From Planctomycetaceae bacterium (GTDB lineage: Bacteria; Planctomycetota; Planctomycetia; Pirellulales; UBA1268), in contig CANHCU010000004.1 of NCBI GenBank assembly GCA_947459185.1, positions 1,673-65,672 on the forward strand: DNA of 64,000 bases, read 5' to 3'. The position numbers and the translations under genes are program-made. The notes beneath the pieces are model-generated. The model saw only the letters and a list, made by a program, of their open reading frames with translations, searched no databases and was not told the origin of the DNA. The first letter of the stretch is position 1. Each line of letters starts with the position of its first letter. Shown here one piece after another: positions 55,137-64,000 of the stretch.

Positions 55137-57851
55137 CTATTGCTTCGTGCAGAAAACCGGGCTCTGGACAACCGCATGGATAAACTCGCGGACGGAAAAG
55201 TCGCTGGTAGCGGCCCGGTCAACGACCGCCTTCACGAGGTCGTCGTCTGAAAACCCCACCGGCCGGCCAAGGGCGTACGTAAGCAGGGCCTCGGTGAAGC
55301 CCGTCGCGAAGTCGGTGTGGCGAGAGGCCACGATCTCCCGCAGTTCATTGAAATCCTTGAACGCAGGACCGTTGTGAAACGCCCCCGACGGGTCGATCTC
55401 CCATTCCTTTGTGCCTACGCCGGACTTCTGATACGAGTCCTTCGACCGCCACATGCCGACGGCGTCGAAGTTCTCCAGGCCGAACCCGATCGGGTCGATC
55501 TTCCGGTGGCAGGAGGCACACTGCGGCTGCTCCTGGTGCATTTGGATCCGCTCGCGCGAGGTGAGGAGTTTGTCCTCGAGCCTCGTGATCTGCGGAACGT
55601 TGGGAGGGGCGGGCGGCGGCGGATCGTGGAGCAGTTTCCGCAGCACCCATGCGCCCCGCTCCACCGGGCTCGTCTGTTCGCCGTTGCTGCCCATGGCGGC
55701 CACGGCCGCCATGCCGAGGAGCCCGCCCCGAGGTGAGCCTTCTGGCAGCTTCACCATCCGATACGCGTCGCCGCTAACCCCATCGAGACCGTAGTAGTTG
55801 GCCATCATCGAATTGACGACCACGAAGTCGCTCTTGAGCAGGTTGCGAAGGCTCAGGTTTTCCTTCAAGAGCATCGCGAACGTCTCGTAGATTTCCTGCC
55901 GAGAAGCGTCTTTGGTTTTCGGGTCGTAGCGGGGATACACGCTGTCCTTGAACTGGAAAAAGTCGAGGCGTTCGACTCCGAGCCACTGATGCGTAAACGC
56001 CGTGACGAACTCCCGCGATCGCGGATCGTCGAGCATCCGCTCGACCTGTGCGGCCCGGCCTTCCGGCTTGAGCAGCTCGCCTGAGCGGGCCGACTCGAGC
56101 AAGGCGTCGTCGGGCGGCCCGCTCCACAGGAAGTAGGAGAGCCGGCTGGCGAGTTCGAATCCGTCGAGCGGCCGTCGCACCTGCGACTCCGTTGGCTCTG
56201 CCAGATAGAGGAAGTGTGGCGACGAGAGCATGGTCGCCAGCGATTCCGTCACCGCTTCGCGAAACGGCCGGCCGTCAGCACGCTCCCGCTCGTAGATCGC
56301 AAGCAGACGGTCGAGAAACGCCGGCTCGGGCTGGCGGCCGCGAAATGCCCGCGTGGCAAACCGCTCGAGCACGCCACGAATATCCTGCTCGGCGGAGGGC
56401 TTCGTCGCGGTCGGCTGCGGGGCGGCCGGCACGGTGAGCAGTTCGGCAAGTGCCGCCGGTGCCTGCTGATTCGCGGGCAAAGGGCCCTCGATCTCCACCC
56501 AGTCGATCCAGATGCCCAGCGGCGGGCCGATGCCGTTGGCATGGAAGGCGTCGAAGAAGATGCGATGCCCCTGATTGTCGTTGTCGTAGCTCCCCTTCTC
56601 CCTGAAGACAAAAATCTGCGAACCCTCAGTCTCGACCGGGATCTCGACGATCTGCGGCTCCTTCATCGAGCCCGTAATCTCCCGGCATTCGGCGTGCTCG
56701 CCCGCCACACCCCGCGGGCCGCAGACAATGAACCGTCGCTCGGGCAGAGACTCCTCCGTCGCCGCGACGCGGAGCCTGAGCATGTATGCGCCCGGAGGCC
56801 AGCCGCCCGGCACGCCAAACTGCATGTGGATGTTCACATAGGGGTCGTTGACGCCGAGAAATGCTCCCGTTTCCACGGCGGGGTGCGACGCGTAGGCGGC
56901 ATGGTTGGGCACCCGCATGTTCCAGTCACGGCTGCCCGCCTGGAACGCGGAGATCGCGTCGACGAATTGAAACTCCTTCGGGGATGGGGCTCCCTGCAGC
57001 TTGTCCCAGTTGTGCAGGAGTGGCTCGGGCTGATTGGGATTCGCCTTGCGAATGTCGGCGGCGGCAGTCTGATTCTCCGGCCTGCGGGCTGCCGCCTCCA
57101 CGGCATTTTTCCAGAGGACGAACCGGCGGCGTTCGTCCAGTCGCGTGGCCAGCCTGCTCCGCACTCCCGGCGTGCTTGTCTCGGCCTCCATCCGATGGGT
57201 ACGGGACGGATGCACCGTGCCATACCGCCGCCACGACTCCTGGATCGCGGCCGCGGCGATCTCGTGGTACTGCTCGATCTGATCTGCCGAGATGAAGAGT
57301 CTTTCGCCCGCGGTGTCGAACGTACCCGAACCGCCGTCGGCCGGTAGCCCGTCTGAACGCGGCTGCACACCCAGCAGCTCGCGGAGCGTGTTGACATACT
57401 CGCGACGGTTGAGCCGCCGCATTGTGGTGCGGCCGCCGGTGTCGGCCAACGCCTTCCCGGCCACGACCATCGCCTTGGAGAGATCCTCCAGCAGGTCAGC
57501 CTTGGCAGCGGCCGCGAGTTGCTCGGCGTCTTTCGGCGGCATCTCACCTGCATTCAAGACGTTGAGCACCTTCCGCCAGCGGTCGGCCGTGTCGGCTGAG
57601 TCGATCTCCGCCGGAAGCGTGTCGATGCGAAATCCACCGCCAGCGTCATCGGGGCCGTGGCAGTCCGCACAATGGGCGGCAAGGAGCGGCGGGGTCGAGG
57701 CCTTGACCCTGGCCACGACCGCAGGCTCGGCGGCCCCGGCAGCGGCAGCAGCCGCGAATATCGCGAAAACAAGGCCGACGGCCGTCGTCCGTCCAAACGA
57801 GATCACAAAAAACCTCGTGGCAACTTTTTTTATCTTGAAGCAATGACACAT
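55137..57851 (-). CDS. Large DUF1592/DUF1588-family-like protein with two CxxCH motifs (planctomycete cytochrome-like)
   Basis: N-terminal anchor, CADCHGPDD, and near the C-terminus QCASCHRKIDPIGFGLENFDAVGMWR. Partner gene immediately downstream. Confidence 0.65.
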   Translation of the reverse strand: MCHCFKIKKVATRFFVISFGRTTAVGLVFAIFAAAAAAGAAEPAVVARVKASTPPLLAAHCADCHGPDDAGGGFRIDTLPAEIDSADTADRWRKVLNVLNAGEMPPKDAEQLAAAAKADLLEDLSKAMVVAGKALADTGGRTTMRRLNRREYVNTLRELLGVQPRSDGLPADGGSGTFDTAGERLFISADQIEQYHEIAAAAIQESWRRYGTVHPSRTHRMEAETSTPGVRSRLATRLDERRRFVLWKNAVEAAARRPENQTAAADIRKANPNQPEPLLHNWDKLQGAPSPKEFQFVDAISAFQAGSRDWNMRVPNHAAYASHPAVETGAFLGVNDPYVNIHMQFGVPGGWPPGAYMLRLRVAATEESLPERRFIVCGPRGVAGEHAECREITGSMKEPQIVEIPVETEGSQIFVFREKGSYDNDNQGHRIFFDAFHANGIGPPLGIWIDWVEIEGPLPANQQAPAALAELLTVPAAPQPTATKPSAEQDIRGVLERFATRAFRGRQPEPAFLDRLLAIYERERADGRPFREAVTESLATMLSSPHFLYLAEPTESQVRRPLDGFELASRLSYFLWSGPPDDALLESARSGELLKPEGRAAQVERMLDDPRSREFVTAFTHQWLGVERLDFFQFKDSVYPRYDPKTKDASRQEIYETFAMLLKENLSLRNLLKSDFVVVNSMMANYYGLDGVSGDAYRMVKLPEGSPRGGLLGMAAVAAMGSNGEQTSPVERGAWVLRKLLHDPPPPAPPNVPQITRLEDKLLTSRERIQMHQEQPQCASCHRKIDPIGFGLENFDAVGMWRSKDSYQKSGVGTKEWEIDPSGAFHNGPAFKDFNELREIVASRHTDFATGFTEALLTYALGRPVGFSDDDLVKAVVDRAATSDFSVREFIHAVVQSPVFCTKQ

Positions 57852-57917
57852 GTACCGTATTCTAGAGAGGGTTGGGGACCAATCCAAGACAAAAACTTGT
57901 GCCGGCAGGGGAATGGC

Positions 57918-58967
57918 ATGCCTGCGTTGAAATCATCCCGTCCGCCCAAGCCCAACATCAGGCACGTTGCGCAGGCCGCTGGCGTGTCGTTGATCACAGC
58001 GTCGCGTGCGATCAGCGGCCGGGGGAGCGTGGCCGAGGCAACTCGCGAGCGAGTCTTGGCAGTGGCGCGACGGCTCAAATATCGGCCTAACCGGCTCGCC
58101 TCGGCCGTTCTGGGAGGCCGCTCCCGCACCGTCGGCGTCATGGTGCCGATCGGATCGTGGTTTCAGGCGCAGATCATCCGCGGCATCCACGACACACTCT
58201 CTGAGCAAGCCTATCTGCCCATCGTCCATTTCCACGGGAATGGCCCCGGCGCACTCCGCGACGGCGAGGAGCTGGCCTTTTTGCATCGCCTCATCGAACA
58301 TCGGGTCGATGGCCTCATCTTCTTCCCCTCGGATGAGTCTGTGACGCAGAACTACCTCAAGGAAGTCTGGGAGCAGGGTCTGCCGCTTGTCGCCGTCGAT
58401 CGCCGGCTCGCCCGGACAAATGCCGACTTCAGCGGCACCGATGACGTTGCGGGCGGTCGCATGGTGGCGGAACACCTGCTTTCGCTTGGCCACCGACGCA
58501 TCACGCACATCACCGGAGAACGCTGGGTTTCGACCTACTGCGACCGCCAACGCGGCTTCGAGTCAGTCATCCGCGATGGCACCGATGTGACCTATCGATG
58601 CGTGGAATGCGAGAAGGGCGACTGCGAGGCCATCGCCAAAGATATTCTCCAGGCCCCCGACCGACCGACTGCGATATTCGCCGCATCCGACAAGATGGCG
58701 ATTCATGTCTATGCGGCTGCTGCGGCGGCTGGGCTGCGGATTGGCAGCGACCTGACAGTCGTCGGATTCGCCGACCTCATGGAAGCCCACGGGCTGCGGC
58801 CGCGGCTGACAACGGTCAGGCAGGACGCAGTCGTGATCGGCGCCAACGCGGCGAGGCTGCTCCTCGACAGGCTCGAGGACCGCGTCTCGTCCAACGAGCC
58901 GCGAGCGATTCGGTTGATGCCTGAATTCGTGATCCGTGATTCGTGTGCGACGGTGTCATTGACCTAA
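57918..58967 (+). CDS. LacI-family transcriptional regulator
   Basis: HTH IRHVAQAAGVSLITASRAISG, followed by a periplasmic-binding-protein-like sugar-binding fold (VGVMVP..., VDGLIFFP). Confidence 0.9.
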   Translation: MPALKSSRPPKPNIRHVAQAAGVSLITASRAISGRGSVAEATRERVLAVARRLKYRPNRLASAVLGGRSRTVGVMVPIGSWFQAQIIRGIHDTLSEQAYLPIVHFHGNGPGALRDGEELAFLHRLIEHRVDGLIFFPSDESVTQNYLKEVWEQGLPLVAVDRRLARTNADFSGTDDVAGGRMVAEHLLSLGHRRITHITGERWVSTYCDRQRGFESVIRDGTDVTYRCVECEKGDCEAIAKDILQAPDRPTAIFAASDKMAIHVYAAAAAAGLRIGSDLTVVGFADLMEAHGLRPRLTTVRQDAVVIGANAARLLLDRLEDRVSSNEPRAIRLMPEFVIRDSCATVSLT

Positions 58968-59010
58968 ACGATTGTATTTTTCAGTTCTTTCTTTTTTGAG
59001 GGGGGGTTCT

Positions 59011-60027
59011 ATGGCTCGGTCAATCGTGTGCGCCGGCGAACATCGGCGAGTTCACCTACGCGGTTTCACGCTCGTCGAACTCTTGGTGGTCATTGCCATC
59101 ATCGGCACCTTGGTGGGGCTGCTGCTTCCCGCCGTCCAGGCGGCCCGCGAAAGCGCCCGGCGGTCCAGCTGTACCAACAACGTGAAGCAAATAGCGCTCG
59201 GACTTCAGAACTTTCACGACGCCCAAGGGTGTCTGCCGTCGGCGCGGACAACGAAAGGATCGTTTCCCGGTGCGAGTCTCGGAGGCAGCAACAGGGCCAC
59301 GTGGTTCCTCTATCTGCTGCCGTACGTCGAGGCTGCCGACGTCTATAACAAAATAACGTTTACCAACACAATTATCTGGAACTCTCCCTCTTCGTCGTGG
59401 GGTATTCCAGTCGCGTTGTGTCCGTCGGATCCGACCGCTCCGTTTGTGAAACCTCGTGGGATTTACGCGAACTATAGCGGGAACGTTGGCTCGATGGCGC
59501 TCGACCAAATCTGGTCGGGCGCTGTTTGCGATGGAATTTTCTATCAAGACTCGCAGATGCGGATGAAAAATGTCTCCGATGGACTGTCGAAAACGATGGT
59601 GATCGCTGAGACTCTGGTAAGCAAAACAGCGTCATCATCCGCGCCAGATAACCGCGGTCGCATATGGGACGGCGAACTTGGGTTTGGGGCTGTGTTCAAT
59701 GCGCGAACCGAGCCGAACTCGGGTTCGATCGACGTTCTTCTGTACTGCGCAACCAGCAGCGACGCTGACTGGCTGCAATGGACCCCCTGCACTACGACGA
59801 GCACGACGGGGAGGGTTGCAGCCGCACGGAGCCGACATGTGGGCGGCGTGCTGGTTGGCATGATGGATGGTTCGGTTGGCTTCGTTGACAATTCGGTTGA
59901 GAGCTGGGCGGCGGGCGGGGTTCCAACCGCGTGGAATACCGCACTCGACTTTACGAAAATGGGCGTGTGGCAAAAGCTCGCTTGCCGGTACGACGGCCAG
60001 GCGGTCTCAACTCCGTTTGGCAACTAG
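59011..60027 (+). CDS. DUF1559-type protein with prepilin N-terminal methylation motif and H-X9-DG motif
   Basis: RGFTLVELLVVIAIIGTLVGLLLPAVQAARESARR. C-terminal HVGGVLVGMMDGS (H-X9-DG). Confidence 0.9.
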   Translation: MARSIVCAGEHRRVHLRGFTLVELLVVIAIIGTLVGLLLPAVQAARESARRSSCTNNVKQIALGLQNFHDAQGCLPSARTTKGSFPGASLGGSNRATWFLYLLPYVEAADVYNKITFTNTIIWNSPSSSWGIPVALCPSDPTAPFVKPRGIYANYSGNVGSMALDQIWSGAVCDGIFYQDSQMRMKNVSDGLSKTMVIAETLVSKTASSSAPDNRGRIWDGELGFGAVFNARTEPNSGSIDVLLYCATSSDADWLQWTPCTTTSTTGRVAAARSRHVGGVLVGMMDGSVGFVDNSVESWAAGGVPTAWNTALDFTKMGVWQKLACRYDGQAVSTPFGN

Positions 60028-60037
60028 AGAGAACTCG

Positions 60038-60454
60038 ATGAAAACGAATCCTCTTCGGGGCTCTGCGAGGCGATTGGCTCAGCGCATGGCCGCAGTGGCC
60101 GCCGTGCTGCTGGTGGCCTTTGTCTGCACGGGCTGTGGGCAGACAGGGCCGCGCAACTGCCGAATTTCCGGTGCGGTGACGCTTGACGGAACGCCGGTAC
60201 AAGACGGCGCGATCCAATTCGACATCGTGAAGCCAGGCGACGTTCCGGGGGGTGCAGTGATCATCAACGGGCGATACCAGACGTGGGTGTCGCCAGGGCC
60301 CAAGACAGTGAGGTTCGCCGTCTCGGGTAGTCGGGAGGGGCTTGCCCCACAAGACGGCACGCCGAATATCTGCCCGCCAAAGTATCAAAAGTCCCCGCTT
60401 GAAATCGACGTGCGGAAAGACGGCGTTTACGACTTTCCACTCACCTCGAAATGA
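60038..60454 (+). CDS. Small lipoprotein with carboxypeptidase-regulatory-like beta-sandwich
   Basis: Lipobox VAFVCTGCGQ. ISGAVTLDGTPVQDGAIQF pattern. Typical neighbour of DUF1559 genes. Confidence 0.6.
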   Translation: MKTNPLRGSARRLAQRMAAVAAVLLVAFVCTGCGQTGPRNCRISGAVTLDGTPVQDGAIQFDIVKPGDVPGGAVIINGRYQTWVSPGPKTVRFAVSGSREGLAPQDGTPNICPPKYQKSPLEIDVRKDGVYDFPLTSK

Positions 60455-60520
60455 GGTGAGTCCTTGATGCTCGTGATCGAGCCCACGTGACGCCGCCGAT
60501 TGACGGAGCGGGCCGCTGGA

Positions 60521-60773
60521 ATAAAAGCCCCCGGCGGAAGCCGGGGGACTCCGGGCATGACCACCGCCCAACGTGCCACGCCGATCCGGGAAGAGCCCAA
60601 CCACACGGTGTCCCCGGACTTCCGTCCGGGGCTTTTTGTGAAACGCGTGTCAGGCCCGGAGGGCCGGGTAAGCACCAGCGGGCGGAGGCCCGCCAAGAAA
60701 AAATCGCACGATGCGATGTTTTTCGTGAAATAGTGTCCCCGGACTTCCGTCCGGGGCTTTGTGTCAAACGCGT
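60521..60773. repeat. REP/terminator-like cluster: family-B hairpin + two 41-nt family-C direct repeats
   Basis: ataaaagcccccggcggaagccgggggact (60521-60550). gtgtccccggacttccgtccggggctttttgtgaaacgcgt (60608-60648) and its 39/41-identical copy (60733-60773). Another family-C copy in reverse lies at 29156-29185. Confidence 0.85.
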
Positions 60774-60788
60774 TGCTCCCGCGACCGC

Positions 60789-62288
60789 TCACGCATGCAC
60801 GGCGAACTCGCCCGCTGACAGGCTCGGCAGGTTGGTCTGACCCATCAGCCAGAGGTCAACCGACCTCGCCGCCTCACGGCCTTCGTGGATCGCCCACACC
60901 ACGAGCGACTGCCCACGCCGCAAGTCGCCCGCGGCGAACACGCCGTCTCGGCTGGTCTTGTAGTCGCTGCCGGTCTTCACGTTGCCACGGGGATCGAGTT
61001 CGAGGCCCAAGTCAGCGATCGGCCCCTGCTTCTCAGGGCCCATGAAGCCCATCGCAAGGAGCGCGAGTTGGCAGGGCCATTCCTGCTCGCTGCCCGGCAC
61101 CTCGCGAAACTTCTGCTGGCCCGAGGCCTCGTCGGTATACCATTCGATCCGCACGGTCTTCACCGCCCGCACGTGGCCCTTGTCATCGCCGAGAAACTCC
61201 TTCGACAGGATGCCCCACTCGCGACGGCAGCCCTCTTCGTGCGAGGAGGTCGTCCTCAGAATGACCGGCCAGTTCGGCCACGGGGTGTTCGTCGGCCGCT
61301 GGCTGCGGCGCGGATACTTCCCGAGATCCGGCGGCTGCGGCAGCAGTTCGAACTGCGTCAGGCTCTTCGCCCCCTGCCGGTTGCTCGTGCCGTCGCAGTC
61401 GGAGCCGGTGTCGCCACCGCCGATCACGACCACGTCCTTGCCCTCGGCGACGATCTGACCCTGCACGTCGTCGCCGGCGTTTCGCTTGTTCTGCTGCGGC
61501 AGGAACTCCATCGCGTAGTGCACACCCTTGAGTTCGCGGCCCGGGATCGGCAGGTCGCGGCCGAGCGTCGCCCCGCCGGTGAGCAGGATGGCGTCGTATT
61601 CATCCGCCAGCGACTGCGTGCTCACGTCCACGCCGACATTCACACCGCAACGGAACTCGACGCCTTCTTCGCGCATCTGCTCGACCCGCCGCCAGACACG
61701 CCACTTCTCGAGCTTGAAGTCGGGGATGCCATACATCAGCAGGCCGCCCGGTCGGTCAGCCCGTTCGAAGACCGTGACCAGATGTCCGGCCCGGTTCAGT
61801 TGCTGCGCCGCGGCCAGCCCCGCCGGTCCGCTGCCCACCACTGCCACCCGCTTGCCAGTCCGCACGGCTGGCGGCTCCGGCACGACCCAGCCCTCGTCGA
61901 AGGCGCGGTCCGCGATTGTCATCTCGATCTGCTTGATCGCGACCGGATCTTCGTTAATGCCGAGCACGCAGGCCGCCTCACAGGGGGCGGGGCAGACACG
62001 ACCGGTGAACTCCGGGAAGTTGTTCGTGGCATGCAGCCGCTGGCTGGCCTCGTGCCATTGCTGGCGATACACGAGGTCGTTGAAGTCGGGGATGATATTC
62101 CCCAACGGGCAGCCGGTATGGCAGAAGGGAACGCCGCAGTCCATGCAGCGAGCACCCTGCTGCGTGAGTTCCTCTTGCGGGAGCACCGTCAGGAACTCGT
62201 TGTAGTGCTTGAGCCTATCGGTGACCGGCGTGTAGCCGCTCACCTTCCGCTCGTATTTCATGAATCCGCGTGGCTCACCCATGGACAT
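60789..62288 (-). CDS. gltD: Glutamate synthase (NADPH) small subunit
   Basis: [57 protein letters not shown]. Confidence 0.93.
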   Translation of the reverse strand: MSMGEPRGFMKYERKVSGYTPVTDRLKHYNEFLTVLPQEELTQQGARCMDCGVPFCHTGCPLGNIIPDFNDLVYRQQWHEASQRLHATNNFPEFTGRVCPAPCEAACVLGINEDPVAIKQIEMTIADRAFDEGWVVPEPPAVRTGKRVAVVGSGPAGLAAAQQLNRAGHLVTVFERADRPGGLLMYGIPDFKLEKWRVWRRVEQMREEGVEFRCGVNVGVDVSTQSLADEYDAILLTGGATLGRDLPIPGRELKGVHYAMEFLPQQNKRNAGDDVQGQIVAEGKDVVVIGGGDTGSDCDGTSNRQGAKSLTQFELLPQPPDLGKYPRRSQRPTNTPWPNWPVILRTTSSHEEGCRREWGILSKEFLGDDKGHVRAVKTVRIEWYTDEASGQQKFREVPGSEQEWPCQLALLAMGFMGPEKQGPIADLGLELDPRGNVKTGSDYKTSRDGVFAAGDLRRGQSLVVWAIHEGREAARSVDLWLMGQTNLPSLSAGEFAVHA

Positions 62289-64000
62289 TGACCTCCTGCT
62301 GACGTGCTTCCTGCTGTTCCTGTTCCGCGAGCTTGCGGAGTTCCGCGATAGCCCGCTTGTAGTCGGTCGGCATCACCTTCACGAAGCGTGACTGCTCCGT
62401 CTTCCAACCATCGAGAATCGCGCGACCGCGGGCCGAGTCGGTGTATTCGACGTGCTTCTCGATCCGTCCCTTCAGATACTCGAGGTCGCCCGCATCGAGC
62501 GGCTCCAGCTCCACCATCTCCTTGTTCACCTTCTGGCCGAACGTGCCCTTGGCATCCCAGACATACGCGATGCCGCCGCTCATGCCCGCCGCGAAGTTGC
62601 GGCCCGTCTCGCCGAGGATCACGACCCGGCCGCCGGTCATGTATTCGCAGCCGTGGTCGCCCGTGCCCTCGACAACCGCCTCGGCGCCGGAGTTCCGCAC
62701 GCAGAACCGCTCACCGCAGATGCCGCGGATGTAGATCTCACCGCTGGTGGCTCCGTAGCCCACAACATTGCCGGCGATGACGTTATCCTCCGCCTTGAAG
62801 CCGGCGTCGCGAGCGGGCCGCACGATCACACGGCCGCCCGAGAGCCCCTTGCCGCAGTAGTCGTTGACGTCGCCCTCCACCGTCACGGTCACGCCGGGCA
62901 CGCCAAACGCCATGATGCTCTGCCCGGCCGTGCCGGTGAAGGTGATCTGGATCGTGCCATCGGGAAGACCGGCCGCCCCATGCCGACGGGTCACCTCGCT
63001 GGAGAGGATCGTGCCGACGGTGCGGTTGATGTTGCGGATCGGCAGATCGAGCTTCACGGGCTTGCGGTCTTGCAGGGCCGGCTTGCACAGGTCCAGCAGC
63101 GTGGTCATGTCGAGCGACTCCTCAATGCCGTGATCCTGCGACGACTCATGGTGCGTCTTCACGTGCTTCGGCACCACGGGCTTGTGCAGGATCGTGGAGA
63201 GGTCGAGGCCCTTTGCCTTCCAGTGGGCGATCGCGGCCCGCGTGTCGAGCCGGTCCACCCGGCCCACCATCTCGTCGATCGTGCGGAAACCGAGCTTGGC
63301 CATCAGCTCACGGATCTCCTCGGCCAGCATGAAGAAGAAGTTGACGACGTGCTCCGGCTGACCGGTGAACCTCTTTCGCAGCTCCGGATCCTGCGTGGCG
63401 ACCCCCACCGGACAGGTGTTCAAATGGCACTTCCGCATCATGATGCAGCCGATCACGACGAGCGACGCCGTGGCGATGCCGAATTCCTCGGCACCGAGCA
63501 TGGTGGCGATCACCACGTCCTTGGCCGTGCGGATCATGCCGTCGGTCTGCACGACGATCCGCCCGCGGAGATCGTTCATCACGAGCACCTGATGCGCTTC
63601 GGCGAGGCCGAGTTCCCACGGCAGACCGCAGTGCATGATCGAGGACTGCGGGCTCGCACCGGTACCACCGTCGTGGCCGGAGATGAGCACCACGTCGGCC
63701 TTGCCCTTCGACACGCCGGCGGCGACCGTGCCCACGCCCACTTCCGCCACCAGCTTCACGCTGATCCGCGCATGGTGGTTGGCGTTCTTCAGGTCATGGA
63801 TCAGCTGCGCGAGATCCTCGATCGAGTAGATGTCGTGGTGGGGCGGCGGCGAAATCAGCCCCACGCCCGGCGTGCTGTGGCGAATCCGCGCGATCTCACG
63901 GTCGACCTTGTGGCCGGGAAGCTGGCCGCCCTCGCCAGGCTTCGCCCCCTGCGCCATCTTGATCTGCAGCTCTTTCGCATTGACGAGATAGAGACTCGTC
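62275..64000 (-). CDS. gltB: Glutamate synthase large subunit, C-terminal part (5' end beyond window)
   Basis: FMN/GXGXG domain motifs: [43 protein letters not shown]. The frame stays open to nt 64000. Confidence 0.93.
   Translation of the reverse strand, partial: TSLYLVNAKELQIKMAQGAKPGEGGQLPGHKVDREIARIRHSTPGVGLISPPPHHDIYSIEDLAQLIHDLKNANHHARISVKLVAEVGVGTVAAGVSKGKADVVLISGHDGGTGASPQSSIMHCGLPWELGLAEAHQVLVMNDLRGRIVVQTDGMIRTAKDVVIATMLGAEEFGIATASLVVIGCIMMRKCHLNTCPVGVATQDPELRKRFTGQPEHVVNFFFMLAEEIRELMAKLGFRTIDEMVGRVDRLDTRAAIAHWKAKGLDLSTILHKPVVPKHVKTHHESSQDHGIEESLDMTTLLDLCKPALQDRKPVKLDLPIRNINRTVGTILSSEVTRRHGAAGLPDGTIQITFTGTAGQSIMAFGVPGVTVTVEGDVNDYCGKGLSGGRVIVRPARDAGFKAEDNVIAGNVVGYGATSGEIYIRGICGERFCVRNSGAEAVVEGTGDHGCEYMTGGRVVILGETGRNFAAGMSGGIAYVWDAKGTFGQKVNKEMVELEPLDAGDLEYLKGRIEKHVEYTDSARGRAILDGWKTEQSRFVKVMPTDYKRAIAELRKLAEQEQQEARQQEVNVHG

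Overview
This is a high-GC bacterial chromosomal segment. Most spot-checked lines are about 67-70% GC, with clearly AT-richer patches. The gene content points to Planctomycetota: a DUF1559-type prepilin-like protein with an H-X9-DG motif, a DUF1552-like plus DUF1592/1588-like CxxCH pair, a TAT-signal Gfo/Idh/MocA oxidoreductase, and many Pro/Ala-rich secreted proteins. I call about 55 protein genes, one tRNA-Gly(CCC), several intrinsic-terminator hairpins, and at least three families of short dispersed REP-like repeats that lie mostly in convergent intergenic gaps. Housekeeping genes are def-fmt, pgpA, scpB, cca, ald, mtnA, der, mnmE, bcp, rpsA and gltB(partial)-gltD.

The most interesting locus is a tightly coupled minus-strand operon (46107 down to about 39315). 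It encodes a xanthorhodopsin/Gloeobacter-rhodopsin-clade proton-pump rhodopsin (DTE motif, retinal Lys, antenna-site Gly) plus blh, crtY, crtE, crtI, crtB and a small membrane protein, which together form a self-contained retinal-phototrophy module. The operon abuts tRNA-Gly and a composite repeat, and it borders a markedly low-GC patch carrying a stand-alone CysJ-like FNR reductase and an unknown polytopic membrane protein.

Other notable loci:
- An EAL / TPR-beta-barrel / GT2-synthase exopolysaccharide module with no PilZ domain.
- A KAP-like P-loop NTPase with an inserted TM hairpin, in an operon with a signal-less ApbE.
- A tandem-repeat Cys/His-rich secreted protein behind a long leader.
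- An orphan beta-class DNA methyltransferase.
- An orphan sigma54 activator.
- An atypical ClpP-like protein.

All functional calls rest on motif recognition by eye and recalled family knowledge. No database search was run, and start codons are inferred.
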